Translations under genes and position numbers: made by a program
NCBI GenBank assembly: GCA_034226945.1
Contig: CP120457.1
Location: 868,001 to 932,000, forward strand
Direction of reading: 5' to 3'
DNA: 64,000 nucleotides
Origin: Picochlorum sp. SENEW3
Lineage: Eukaryota
Shown: positions 1 to 12,325 of the stretch, piece after piece
Layout: every line of letters starts with the position of its first letter
How positions within the stretch are numbered: position 1 is the stretch's first letter
Notes under the pieces: model-generated
Database searches by the model: none
The model's input: the letters and a program-made list of their open reading frames with translations, nothing else
What the model was told of the DNA's origin: nothing

Positions 1-11
1 AGACGATTTGA

Positions 12-1976
12 TTGAACAGGATGGCAGCAAGAATGACACTACGTGGGGATACATTATCACAAACTAGGGATTATAAATGCAGTAGGAGTGCATCATGTCG
101 AATCCAAAGGCTGGCAGGGTCACAGAGGACACTCCATTGCGGGGTGCCTTGTCTTCTTCGAAAGGTCTCTCGGCGAGACATAGCATCTGTCCGGATCAGT
201 GCTGCAGAAACACCAGAGTTTAATAATATACCAGATGATAGCCTGTTGCCTGTTGAAGAGGTCCCTCGACGCATTCAAATGTCAGATGTGATTGACTGGT
301 TCATCAACCTGCCATGGCCAAAGATGGCCTCGTGGCTTTTGGTGATTGCGCTTGCAACGCAGTTGAAAGACTTTTTAGGTGTATGTGTCATGTGTTGCAT
401 GTATTGTGTGATCGGCGGAGGTATCTGAGGGGCTCTGAGTTCCGGATTTTGACCAGAGTCTTGTTGTCTGCCTGATTGATTGACAAAATGGCGACGTGAA
501 TCTGACAGTGTTGTTTCGCTTCTATGTGTAGATAACTATGGGAACTTTCATAGTATCATTCATAGGAAACAGTTTTGTGACAAGTGCTCAAAATATCCCT
601 CAGTTGAAGACTCTGTCTCCTCAGCGCAGAAGAAGGGTGCTTGTCTTTGTGTACTATACTTGCATTGTTCTTCTTTTCACCCTATTTGGAGTATTAATAA
701 TTCCAGATGTTGTCAGGGAAGGGTACGATTTCGTCTCGAGGCTTCAGACAGAAAACTTATGGGTAGTCGTGCTAGAGAAGATGAGAAAAGGACTTGGGTA
801 TGTCTCATGTCTATCTGTTCTGCGGCCTTCATTATATTCACCTATTTTCCTTTGGTTTTAGGGATGGTGTCATGGATCAGTTAGAAAGGTTTTTGGTTAT
901 ATCTTCCAGTGGAGATGTGACAACAGCTTTAGATTTCCGCACTCTTGATACTTTGGGCCCAGAGGCTAGGACAACGTACTTAGGAAGTGCTCTTCAAAAA
1001 GTCCTCAAACAATATACTAATGCAGCAGCAAGCTATATATCGGATATGCTTTCTTTCATCAGTCGCTTTGTAGTTCAGGTAGGTATATTGTATCTTGTAG
1101 TTTGAATATTGTTTCAGGGAGGACGTTCAGTAGTAAACAGATATGGGGGCAACTATGGTTCTTGTAGCAACTCTCACAATCATTTTGAGGCATGATGTTT
1201 TCATCTCGAATAACGTGATTGAGAAGGCTACGTTGAATTGCCCTCCTGTGCTGACTTGAAGGCGATTCTGAGAAACACTGCTGCATTTCTGCTCTCATGG
1301 TTATGTCATCAATCTGACTTTTGTATTGGTCTAATTATATGTATTCTTTGCATCGCAGTTGGGAGTTTCGTTCGTGCTTTCCTTCATGATGGTGTGGGAC
1401 CTTCCCAGAATTGCACAAGGGGTGGAGTCCCTCAAGTCTTCAAGGATTGCACCAGTGTACAATACCATTGCTCCGTCCGTCAAGGTCTTTGCGACACTGT
1501 TTGGAAAAGCACTTCAGGCACAAAGTCGAATAGCTTTGGTGAATACAGTGCTCACAGCTCTAGGAATGTGGGCCCTGTGTATTCCAGGCATTGGATTGTT
1601 GTCGGTTTGTGTCTTCATATGCGGATTCATTCCAATTGCAGGAGTGATAATTTCGACAGTCCCTATAGGATTTGTAGCACTCACTGAGTACGGTTTCATG
1701 AAGTTGGCGCTGGTTATTCTCATGATTGTTGGTGTACACTTTGTTGAGGCATATGGACTAAACCCAGCAATTTATTCAGCACACCTCAAACTCCATCCAT
1801 TGCTCGTGCTAACAGTTCTTGTTGTAGCAGAGCATTCACTAGGTATATGGGGACTCCTTCTTGCAGTGCCATTAACCGTGTTCACCCTGGATTACTGCAT
1901 TTACTATCCGTCTTATTCAGCAGAGGATGTTGCACAGAAGGAACTCTACGTTATCCGAAGTCGCGATGATCTGTGA
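12..1976 (+). CDS. AI-2E (PerM-like) family transporter, likely organelle-targeted; exons ~12-380, 532-797, 862-1078, 1359-1976
   Basis: Four ORF pieces joined in frame by GT-AG introns (381-531, 798-861, 1079-1358). Hydrophobic C-terminus has FIPIAG...HFVEAYGLNP...LHPLLVL...GIWGLLLAVPL, typical of AI-2E. Start codon uncertain (TTG 12 or ATG 21). Confidence 0.85.
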
Positions 1977-2156
1977 AGACTGTGACAACTTTTGCTCTAT
2001 ATGGAATTTAATGTAAATTATTTTGCCCTTTTCCTCGTCGATAGCACATATTTCGTGCCTGAGTAGCCCCGGCGACTGTCTTTTGTTGAGAAACGCCGTG
2101 CGGTGCTCAGGGCAGAACTGTGTATAAAGATCGATCTTTAGCATATTTACATATAT

Positions 2157-3284
2157 ATGCCTGAAAAAGGAGGTAGAGAGGACGAGCGGGGGGGTGAAGA
2201 CGGCTTTTTCTTCGGCTTGGTAGGAAAGACAAAAGCAGACCTCACCGCCAAACAACTTCCTCTTCTACGGGTGATCGAACTCGATGCACAGCCCAATTCA
2301 AAGATAAGTGGATCTCGTAAAATTGCGATCAAAGATCATGAGGGCTACGGGATCAATGGCAAAAACGCCTTCGAGACATTAGGCCAAGTAGGGATCTCTT
2401 CGCGGGTAAAAGGCCTTCTCCTTCTGAACTTGGTGATGATAGCATGTTCTAGCACTTTTGTAGTCTTGAAAGATGGACAAAAGAACATTGATCCGTTCAT
2501 TTTCTCCACAGTACGTTTCCTGTTGGCAGCACTGGCCTTTTCACCCTTTCTGGGGAAGGCAATGCAGCAGCCCAAAGTTCATCTCCCAGGTTTAGAAGTA
2601 GGCTTCTGGGCTGCTGGTGGATATCTAACGCAAAGTGTGAGCCTTTTGACGACAGATGCTTCTCGGGGAGCTTTTTTGAGTGCATTTACTGTTGTTGTTG
2701 TACCTCTGCTTGAGGGTACTTTTGGCTCAAATAAAATCAAAAGGGCTCATTGGATAGCCGCTGTAATGTCATTGGTTGGAGTCATGCTCATCGAAGATAG
2801 TGGAACACCCGCTTCTTGGGGAGATTTTTGGAGTTTTGCTAGTGCTGTGTTGTTTGGTGTGCAAATTTTTAGAACAGAACATTGGTCTAAAAGGCTGGGA
2901 TCAAATGCATTCATGCCAATGATATCGATATCCATTGCCTTTATTGCTCTCTTATCTATTGTAGGGGCTATATTTACCAATCCAGTAGAATTAGTCTCGT
3001 TGTTTATGCGACCGTTCAGTGATGTTTCAGAGAGTGTCAGCTTGCCATGGGTTGAGATCCTATATATGGCTTTCTTTGTCACAAATTTTGGACTATGGGC
3101 TGAAGTAATCGCACTTCAATACATCAACTCTACCGAAGCTGCAATTGTATATACGTTAGAGCCAGTTTTCGGGGCAGGCTTTGCATGGCTCTTCCTGGGT
3201 GAGCATTTTGGTGGCTGGGTTGGATGGCTGGGAGCCATCCTGGTTACTGTGAGTCAACTGGTCTCTTTCGTTCTACCTAAATAG
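2157..3284 (+). CDS. EamA/DMT superfamily transporter
   Basis: About 10 hydrophobic segments in two repeats; RFLLAAL, TDASRGAFL and EAAIVYTLEPVFGA motifs. Confidence 0.85.
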   Translation: MPEKGGREDERGGEDGFFFGLVGKTKADLTAKQLPLLRVIELDAQPNSKISGSRKIAIKDHEGYGINGKNAFETLGQVGISSRVKGLLLLNLVMIACSSTFVVLKDGQKNIDPFIFSTVRFLLAALAFSPFLGKAMQQPKVHLPGLEVGFWAAGGYLTQSVSLLTTDASRGAFLSAFTVVVVPLLEGTFGSNKIKRAHWIAAVMSLVGVMLIEDSGTPASWGDFWSFASAVLFGVQIFRTEHWSKRLGSNAFMPMISISIAFIALLSIVGAIFTNPVELVSLFMRPFSDVSESVSLPWVEILYMAFFVTNFGLWAEVIALQYINSTEAAIVYTLEPVFGAGFAWLFLGEHFGGWVGWLGAILVTVSQLVSFVLPK

Positions 3285-3852
3285 ATCTGAAGTCGAATGA
3301 AATGATATCTGAAGTAGTGTTATTTTTCATTGTAAAATTGATATTGAGAGTGCAATTGCAACCAACCAACCAATTTCCTAAAATATCCTAAACAAGGACA
3401 TTCGCTGGCGGTTGAACCGATGACTATTGATTGCGTGCGAGCAGCTCCAGGTACCATACCAAATTCACCAAACATTACCTCAAACAAATATTACACCAAA
3501 AAACAAGAGCATTGGTGACTCACTGCACCCATTGATCCTATTCACGAGCTCGTTCGTTTTTTGAATCTGAGATCGATTCGGTTTGGGTCAAAATCACTTT
3601 GCTCATCGAGCCGATATTTCTCCTTTTCTGCTATCAGGTACGATTATATTATTATCAAACATCAGAAAGTCGTCATACCATGGCGGTTGGCTCTGTTTGT
3701 TGTTGTTTTGAGGTGCTTGGTTGTTATGTACCCAGCAACCGTTTTCTCTCTGCTGCGAGAACAGATGGCCGGGGGTAACAATCGATTCGCTCGTTGGCGA
3801 CCGATTTCTTTACTCTCTAGATATTTTGAAGATATTGTAATGTCGTTTTGCA

Positions 3853-5178
3853 GTGATGGGAGATACTTTGCAAGCGCCAATGTCGCGCAAGGCGATCCGA
3901 AAAGCCAAGAAGGCTCACGTCAAGGCTGTCGCGCAGGCTCAGAAGGCTGCTGCTGAGGAGGCTGCTGAGGAGGCCGCGCTCCAGGCTGCTGTGGAGGCTG
4001 CCCAACGAGCCAATCTTAAAACTTCAACCATAACTAAATCCGATACTAGAACGCAGAAGGATGAGAACCCAAGGAGAGCGCATTTGACCGAGACACCAGA
4101 GGATACGATTCCTGCAGTGGTAGCTACAATCACAGTCAACAATGGTGACAAGACATTGGAAAAGCCCAAGGAGGACTCCACTGCCGCTCCAAATCCTTCG
4201 ACAAAACTGAAGAAGAGGTCCAGAAGACGCCGATCTCGTAAAAGCAAAAATGCTCCAGCGCAGCCTGTTGAGCACGAGAGGGCATCTGACGAGCAGGTTG
4301 AAGAACCTTCAGATTCAGCCGAAAATGCTGTATTTACGGAGATGCTGCAAAATTCGCATCTTGATTGGGTCGAAAATCAGGCGTATAGAGTATATTACGA
4401 AACATCAGCAGATGGCAGGAAGGCTGCATTCGTCTATGATGGGGCATTGACGCCGTTCCAGAAGATATCTTGTGCTCTTGAGTCGATTGATTTGAGCACC
4501 ATGGAGAAGGACGATGGCCCACATCCTCCGACCGAGTTCGACCATCAACTTCGATGGGTTTGGTTACCACATATGAGTGATGGATGCTTCTATGCAGCTC
4601 GTATGTGCTACAGGCAGTACTCCAAGAATATCCAGCCCGTTCCATGCTATCAAGTCCAATGCCGAGGTGCTTCTGGCATGGAGAATGGAGACTTCTACAC
4701 ATTTTTGGGCGATGGAACGCCATTCCACCAGCACATTGACTTTTGCGAGCATTACGATACCCAAAGACCAAAGTTTGAGACTGCCCGACAGGAGGAAAAG
4801 TTTGAGCAGCAGGACAAACAACAATTGGTCCATGCCAAGTCCATGAAGATTGGCCCAGATCGCAATCCACTTTCCCAGTCCCTTTCTTCTCTGCGAGAAT
4901 CAGGGTTCGTGTATCGTGGCAAACCAAGAGTACTGGAGAGGCTAGTTCATGCCTACTGTGGTCAAGTCGATGGAGAGGACGTGTGGGCCCCATTGTACAC
5001 CTCCACCATCCTGGCATACAAATCCTATTACAGAGTTGCGAGCAACAGCACAAGAGAGCAGTACTGCTATGGAGGAGAGCACTTTTTCTACCCATCTGGC
5101 CGCAGATGCTCGGCATACGTCAATTTTGAAGTGGATTTCCCATCAGGCATAGTCGGCATTGACGAGTTCCGCCAGTAA
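3853..5178 (+). CDS. Hypothetical protein (Ala/Glu-rich and basic N-half, aromatic/Cys-rich C-half); probable 5'UTR intron ~3638-3852
   Basis: Uninterrupted 441-aa ORF, first ATG at about 3856; no family recognised. Confidence 0.7.
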   Translation: MMGDTLQAPMSRKAIRKAKKAHVKAVAQAQKAAAEEAAEEAALQAAVEAAQRANLKTSTITKSDTRTQKDENPRRAHLTETPEDTIPAVVATITVNNGDKTLEKPKEDSTAAPNPSTKLKKRSRRRRSRKSKNAPAQPVEHERASDEQVEEPSDSAENAVFTEMLQNSHLDWVENQAYRVYYETSADGRKAAFVYDGALTPFQKISCALESIDLSTMEKDDGPHPPTEFDHQLRWVWLPHMSDGCFYAARMCYRQYSKNIQPVPCYQVQCRGASGMENGDFYTFLGDGTPFHQHIDFCEHYDTQRPKFETARQEEKFEQQDKQQLVHAKSMKIGPDRNPLSQSLSSLRESGFVYRGKPRVLERLVHAYCGQVDGEDVWAPLYTSTILAYKSYYRVASNSTREQYCYGGEHFFYPSGRRCSAYVNFEVDFPSGIVGIDEFRQ

Positions 5179-5319
5179 TTACCCGTACAAGTACTTGCAG
5201 TAGTTGATCACATACGTCCCTACATTGGAGTTTCGCATTGTCGGAAACACCTTGTGTAATTATCATCAATACCATAAAGTAGATCGCTACCTGGCGGTAT
5301 CATTCATAGATTTGGTAGC

Positions 5320-6516
5320 ATGTCGTCTGCCAGGGACTCTCAGAGCAGAAGAAGACTTGGAGTTGTCTCCAGCCATCTAGGGTCGTCTGATACATCTGGT
5401 ATCCCGGAGATGCGTTCATATCATGTGAATGCCTGCACTGGTGGCAGGGATTCCGTGGTACCGCACGCATCAGCGACGGGACAGAGTAGCAGTTACTCCA
5501 GAGTCCATGGCCACGTATCCACCCACAACGTGGAATGGATTGGTATACCCAGTGTTGGGGGCAGTTCACTTCAAGAAACAATTTACAAGAAATCCAAAGG
5601 GGAAGGTATTGCGATGGTACGCCGGATGCTGTTTTGAACGACATGTGGGTTGCACTCCATGGGTATACACACTATCAATGGCTGCTTCACTCTTCCACGC
5701 AGATTATGATCAACAGGGAGTCCAAAAGAAACGCTTTTACACCTTTAACCATCAAGGAATTATCGATGTGTTTCGCTGATGCTCGGGACGACCCACAGGT
5801 TGGGGTAATTATCTTAACAGGTGCTGGGGACCTTGCTTTCTGCAGTGGTGGGGATCAATCTGTCAGAGGAAAAGGTGGATATGTGGGTGCAGATGGTGTG
5901 CCTCGGCTGAATGTGTTAGATCTGCAGATTCAGATACGACGCCTTCCGAAACCAGTCATTGCCATGGTTGCAGGGTATGCTGTTGGGGGAGGCAACATTC
6001 TGCAAATGGTTTGTGACATAACCGTACGTGGCTGCATTATCGTCATATTTGGTGGATGGTATCGTTCATGAAATGTATATTATGATGCAGATTGCGGCTG
6101 ACAATGCCGTATTTGGGCAAACTGGGCCCAAAGTTGGATCATTTGATGCTGGATATGGTTCAACGCATATGGCTAGGTTGGTCGGGCAGAAGAAAGCACG
6201 CGAGATATGGTTCCTCTGTAGATTGTATAGTGCAAAAGAGGCTCTTGAAATGGGCTTGGTCAACACCGTTGTTCCTCTGTGCGATTTGGAAAAGACAACA
6301 ATTCAATGGTCGAGAGAGATGCTGAAGAACAGTCCCACTGCCTTGAGGCTCATCAAGTCCGCGTTGAATGCTGCCGAAGATGGTCAGGCAGGTATTCAGC
6401 AATTAGGCGGGGATGCCACAATGCTTTTCTATCAAAGTGAGGAAGGCGATGAGGGGCGAAAAGCTTTTCTGGAGAAGAGGCCTCCAAATTTTGAATCCTT
6501 CAAGAGGAACCCATAA
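5320..6516 (+). CDS. menB: 1,4-dihydroxy-2-naphthoyl-CoA synthase (phylloquinone pathway); exons 5320-5616, 5703-6023, 6091-6516
   Basis: [23 protein letters not shown] and [16 protein letters not shown] motifs; in-frame GT-AG introns 5617-5702 and 6024-6090. Confidence 0.95.
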
Positions 6517-6561
6517 AGTTTTTCTCATTGCTTTTCAAAATCATTCTTACATGTGAGACAT

Positions 6562-6870
6562 TCATTCTTGATCTTTCAGTTTTTGCGACTTTGCTGCCCG
6601 CCTACATCTATCTGAACAGAACTTTACAGCCTCAAAATTGTTTGACCATTTCGCCCTCTCCACCATGATTAACTCACAGTGAGAACAGTATTTATACTTC
6701 TTCCAAACTCCTCTATCTAAGACCCTACTTTTATCACTATTGAATGTATGGAATGGCTTTCCTTTGCCTCCTTTCTGTTTCATTTGCACACAGAAGCTTA
6801 CTTGCCGAACGACTCCTCTAGGACGACTGGATATTGCCCGCACCAAGGATGTTCCTATCATTTGTGGCAA
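6562..6870 (-). CDS. DUF2256-like small protein with probable transit peptide
   Basis: KYCSHC...RAKWSNNFEAVKFCSDRCRR matches the DUF2256 pattern CxxC...RKKW...VKYCSERCR. Confidence 0.75.
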   Translation of the reverse strand: MPQMIGTSLVRAISSRPRGVVRQVSFCVQMKQKGGKGKPFHTFNSDKSRVLDRGVWKKYKYCSHCELIMVERAKWSNNFEAVKFCSDRCRRAAKSQKLKDQE

Positions 6871-7130
6871 TATTGGGATGTTAAAGTGCTTTTTTCAATA
6901 TATATATGTGCCTTTTTCATATCAAGATGATACTTTCAGATGGGTTTGTTGCACCTGGTCCATGTGGGTTGGTGGCGCCATCGGTCATGATGCCCACCGG
7001 TACCCAACTGCTATGTATATGTAGATTGATATATTTGCATCTCTTTGCAATAACATGGTGATAAGATATTCCTTCATGAATTGTAGATGCATGAAATGAG
7101 TCGAATTCGACGCGAAAAATCTATAACGGC

Positions 7131-8893
7131 ATGTGTGGCATAGCACTTCTTGTTGCCGGGCTGAGCAAGGAAGATCCTCGCGGAGGGAAGGATTTTAATG
7201 AAGTATTAGACCATATAAAAGAAAATCTGTGGAGAAGGGGTCCAGATTGTAATTGGTGGGATGTTATCGAGGTAGGTGACTGCATACAGGTGTGGTGGTT
7301 GTTCTAATGGGCCTCATCATCTTCGTGACTTGTGTGATACAGAAAGGTGAACATTATCTCCTATTTGCCAATTCTTTACTTCAGCTGCAAGGCTATGAAG
7401 ACAGAAGCCCGTATTTGAGAGATGCAGACACAGGGAGCATATTGCTGTGGAATGGGGAGGTTTACTCTGGTTTGCACCATACAGTTGAGGAAAACGATGG
7501 TGTGGTCCTCTTTCAGAGTCTGATTTCATGTCGAAACTCTGAGGATATTGTATCAACATTCTCAAGAATACGCGGGCCGTGGTCAGTAATCTACTATGAT
7601 GGTGTAACTAATGTAGTTTGGTTTGGAAGGGATTTCATGGGAAGAAAAAGCTTATTATTCCAGCAATCAGAAAATCATGGTTTAGTGATTACATCTACTG
7701 CATCCAAAAGAGACAGCGAAGCAGAGTTTATAGAGGTCCCGCCAGGTCTTTATAGGCTGGATGTGGATACTCTACTGCAATGGTGCCATGAGCCTGGTTG
7801 GTTTCCTGAAAAAATACCCTGGGCAGATCAAACCATCACTCGGCTATCCGAGTACCATCGAACAAAAAGCTATTTTTCTGGGAAAGTGAACGATGAGAAT
7901 GATCTGATAGACGCCCTTCTTGCGATTCTGAAGAATGCTGTTCATCAGAGGTGCGCTAGGCTGGTACACAACAGTGACCAAAAGATGATGACATCCGTCC
8001 ACGAACCCAGTAAGTTGATGATTCTATTTAGTGGTGGTGTTGACTCAACTCTTCTAGCAGCAATGATGCATGCCACAGTTCCACAAGAAGAGCCAATCGA
8101 ACTCTTCTCCGTGTGTTTTGCCCAGGGTGGGTCCCCAGACAGAATCGGTGCAATGGATGCTTATAAGGAACTTAAAACAATATACCCTGATAGAGAGTGG
8201 CGCCTTATAGCCGTAGATAAGACATATGACGAACTAAATACATTAAGGGACCATCTTTTGGATATTTTGTACCCATCTGATACAGTAATGGATTTTAACA
8301 TTGGAGGTGGGCTTTGGCTTGCTTCTCAAGGCAAAGGCTCCTGGGTTGAATGCTCAACCCTTGACCCCAATGTCTCTGATTTCGAGGTTATTGATTCAAA
8401 TTATGCATCATCTGCCAGAGCAGTTTTCCTTGGCCATGGCGCAGATGAGTTATTTGGAGGATATGGAAGGCATCGGACAAAATTCAGAGAAGGTGGTTGG
8501 GATGGGCTCTCAGACGAATTGCGCCTCGACGTCAGGCGGCTCTGGCAAAGAAATTTCGGGCGCGATGATAGAATCATATCAGATCATGGTAAAGAAAGCA
8601 GGATACCATTCGTCGATGAGCATGTGATAGAATTTGCCCTTGATGCTCATCTTCAAGACTTGGTAGATCTGAACCTTCCAATTGGTGTTGGTGATAAAAT
8701 AATACTAAGACGCTGCCTCAATAGATTAGGATTGGAAAGAACTAGTAAAAGACATAAACGGGCTCTGCAATTCGGGTCAAGATTGGCAAAAGCTGCCAAT
8801 GCAGCCTGCTTTGGGAGCACTCAAATGGCAAACAAGAGAAAGGCCGGGGAGAAGAAGATTGAGCCCATCCTTCGCAATCAGAACAACCTATGA
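7131..8893 (+). CDS. ASNSD1: Asparagine synthetase domain-containing protein 1; exons 7131-7271, 7343-8893
   Basis: N-terminal MCGI, RRGPD, WNGEVY, LFSGGVDS, GADELFGGY and RNFGRDDR motifs; intron 7272-7342. Confidence 0.9.
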
Positions 8894-8933
8894 CAAGAAT
8901 TGAGACACTCTGACACAAATTAAGTATACATAT

Positions 8934-11425
8934 ATGATATTTTCAGTTTTTGGTAAAATCCTGATGTCAGTCAGTATACAGCAGAGGCATCATAGTTTGA
9001 TTTTGCACGACAGAAGGCGACAGATAAGAACCTGGAACAAGCATTTCCTTCCGATCAGCTCTATCTCTAGATATCAGAGCATTTCATCCAATAAATTACT
9101 GTCTGCAATGCCAGAAATCGCGACAGAAACTCCAGGGATGTTGGAGGAAGAATCTTTGCTTGATTCGTTTACAAAGATTCCATCCATCTCCAAAGCATCC
9201 ATGTTCGATACTGAACACGGTACTAGGGTGTCAATGGAGGTTTCTCAAAGGGATGTTCCTGCCAATGCGACGAGGAAGAGCCTGGTACATTTCTTGCTGG
9301 ATGAGAAGACGTTGGAGGACGGTGAAGCAGAGACATTCTTGTCACCATTGATGGAGAATATCGTATATATGACACCATCACCGTCAGGGAAGAAAACGTT
9401 TGTGGTAAAGAAAGAGAATGATAAGAAATCTGTGATACTCCAGATCTATAACAGGATGTCTCTTGAGTTTGAAATAGTTGTGCCAGAGAAGCTGCATGGC
9501 CCTGTTGTGAATGATGGATGGTTTGGGATTGGAGCTTCTTGGTCAAAGGATGAGCGATTCATTGCATACACTGCAGAGGTAGGTACTGCGTTCTTGTGAT
9601 ATGAGTGGGGAGTCTCTACAATGTCTCACTTTGGTATATGCAGCGAGCCAAGTCAAAGCAAACGCCTGAATGGGGAGGATTGGGGAATGGCTCGGATGAC
9701 AGTAAATCGGACGCCGACCCCAAAGAGAAAAAATGGCGTGGTGTAGGAGAATTTGAAGAAGATTGGGGGGAGTTGAACACTGGGAAACGTGCTCCAGCAG
9801 TATTTGTCTTTGATGTTGTTGCCAGGTCCGTGACATTAGGGGCTCTTCCGGATGATCATTTTAGCTATGGTCAGCCTGTTTGGGCACCTGATGGCGAGCA
9901 TTTGGCATATGTGTGCTGGGAACACGAAAGTAGCGTTTTTCCGAGAATGAAACAGAAGCTTGGAATCGTGTATTGCTTTAATAGACACTGTGTGATCAAA
10001 TGCTGCAAATGGCCAAATGTTCAAGAGGCAAAAATTTTAACACCTGAGCACCGCAGCGCTTTTTCTCCAAGATTTTCATCTAATGGGGATCTTTTCTTTT
10101 TGAGTCAGGATAATGCTGTCAGATCTGGTACCCATAATGCAACTCCATCTCTGCATTCACTGTGTAGGGAGAACTTCCTTTTAGGGATGGAGGAAACAGG
10201 TGTGCCCGAAGCGACAGGCCTTGTGGGAACAAAAAATTTTAAAGATTCAAAAAAAGAATTCCCGGGCTTCTATACTACAGTGTTACATCATAATCCGTTT
10301 GTCGAGCTGGGCAATAAGAGGTATGTGTGGGCAACTGTTCAGTGGAGAAGTGATTTGGCAGTTATTGCTGTTGATACCGAATCAGGGCAAGTTATTCGAG
10401 CATCACCTGACAATGGATCCAGTTGGTCTCTCCTTGGAATCACTCAGCATTCTATTTTAGTGCTAGAAAGCAATCCGGGATGTCCAGCAAAGCTCCATGC
10501 TACACCGTTGACAGGAGAGGAACAAGACCTCGATGCTTTGGAGTGGACTTCTATCATGGTGCCGGATCTGGAATCATATCCTGCAATTGTAGCCAAATCT
10601 CTTCAAAACATTCAGCATAAAACATTACGAGTAGAAGCACATGACAGCACTGAGAATCCAATCAATTCTTTCGAGGCAACAGTGATACATTGTGGAGAAG
10701 CAAAGCCCACCCTTCTGGTGCCACATGGTGGTCCTCATACAGCATATAGCTCGCAATTTGTCATGTCTATTTCTTATCTAGTCGCGTCTGGGTATAATGT
10801 CATCACCGTCAACTATAGAGGCTCAACAGGATTCGGTGAGGACTTTGTCCAAAGTTTGCCAGGTAACATCGGAGATCAGGATGTTAAAGATTGCTATCAG
10901 GCCCTTCTTCGGGCCAAAGATGAAGGTCTCGTAAGTGAAGAGCAAATTGCAGTTGTAGGGGGCTCGCACGGAGGGTTCCTTTCGTCACATCTCATCGGAC
11001 AATATCCTGATGTATTCAAAGCAGCAATCCTTCGTAATCCCGTCTGCAACATATCCATGATGGTGCACTTGACTGATATTCCAGATTGGTGCTTCATTGA
11101 AACATATGGTAGCGATGAGGGACTAAAACGTGCTCAAACATGTGTATCGGTCGAAGATTTGTTAAACATGGAGAACAAGTCACCTGTCAAGTATGTTGAA
11201 AATGTCAAAGCCCCAGTGCTGATGATGCTTGGAGGCGGTGACAGAAGAGTTCCCATGGATGATGGAAAGCGCTATCTTGCGCGGTTAAAACAGCGTCACG
11301 ATTCTCCAGATAGTCGACTGATTGTATTTGATAATGACGACCACGGCCTTACAAAACCACAAACAGAATTTGAACAATGGATTACTGCCTTGTGGTGGCT
11401 TAAAAAGTTTATTCATCATGATTAG
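8934..11425 (+). CDS. APEH: Acylamino-acid-releasing enzyme (peptidase S9C); intron 9579-9643
   Basis: PHGGPH, NYRGSTGFG, GGSHGGF nucleophile, RNPV, DRRVP and catalytic His; start may be 8963 or later. Confidence 0.9.
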
Positions 11426-12325
11426 ATCGATGCAATTATCTTCACTACTGGACTTTTGTTCCCTTCTGAACTTTTTGTAATGGACTTGTCATCGGGTTGT
11501 ACGGGTCTTTGTGTTTCTGTTCCATCGAGGACTGGTCCTTCCCTTTTCACAGGAGAGGCAGGAGCTTTCTTTGGACTCCTTCCCCCAGATTTGCCGTATC
11601 GAATACCACGCTGAGGCTGCATTTGTAAAGTATAAAAAAACCAGATCACCTCTGTGCACGTAAATACAACTATGCAACAATTGACGCACCATTATTGGAA
11701 TGAGCTGTTTTGACCTCAGCCATCTTGTCCCACATGCATTGCATAATATGGGCGCCTCAGGGGGACCACGACGCCACTGCGGCGACTCATTTGGATTCAA
11801 ACAGTGCTTATTAGTACACGGCCCATGTGGCTTTTCATGTCTACTTCTCGTCGGAGAAGCATTACGCGAAGCCTTTTGAGGACTTTGTGCAGGTGACTTT
11901 ACTTGTTTCCTTGGACTAGTGTCAGCATCATGGGCTCCAGAATGCACTGTATTTTCTTGCCTGGTATTTTGATCATTTGAAGAATTGCCCAGAATTTCAC
12001 AAGCTCTCAGCAGAACTGAGAGTCCATCCTCAGGCGAGAGTCCATCCTCGTACGATGGAAACCCATCATCATATCCATCCTGGGCAATGCTCTTTCTCTT
12101 CCCCGGAGATGCACTTCGTGATCTACTACTAGTACTATGGCCATCATTTTTATGGATTCGTCTCATGTCTGCCCCGGAGGTGCGCTCGTCACCACCATTC
12201 TTCGGCACGCTTACTCCAGGTTCATCCTCAGTACCGAAAGTCGGTTGCAAACACGTCAGGGTCACCCCTCTATCCGCGGCCGATCGAATTTCATGCACAA
12301 CACCACTTACAATGGTACGAACCAT
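11422..12325 (-). CDS. GATA-type zinc finger transcription factor; exons 12325-11690, 11616-11422
   Basis: CTNKHC...SPQWRRGPPEAPILCNACGTRW; GT-AG intron 11689-11617. Confidence 0.85.

Noticed and set aside
1079..1358. 280-nt intron as a C/D snoRNA host
   Set aside because: CTGA motifs are present but there is no canonical RTGATGA box C and no recognisable rRNA antisense element
4334..5116. 260-aa minus-strand ORF
   Set aside because: Fully antisense to the 441-aa ORF with no recognisable motifs; likely a shadow ORF, as are most short overlapping ORFs in the track
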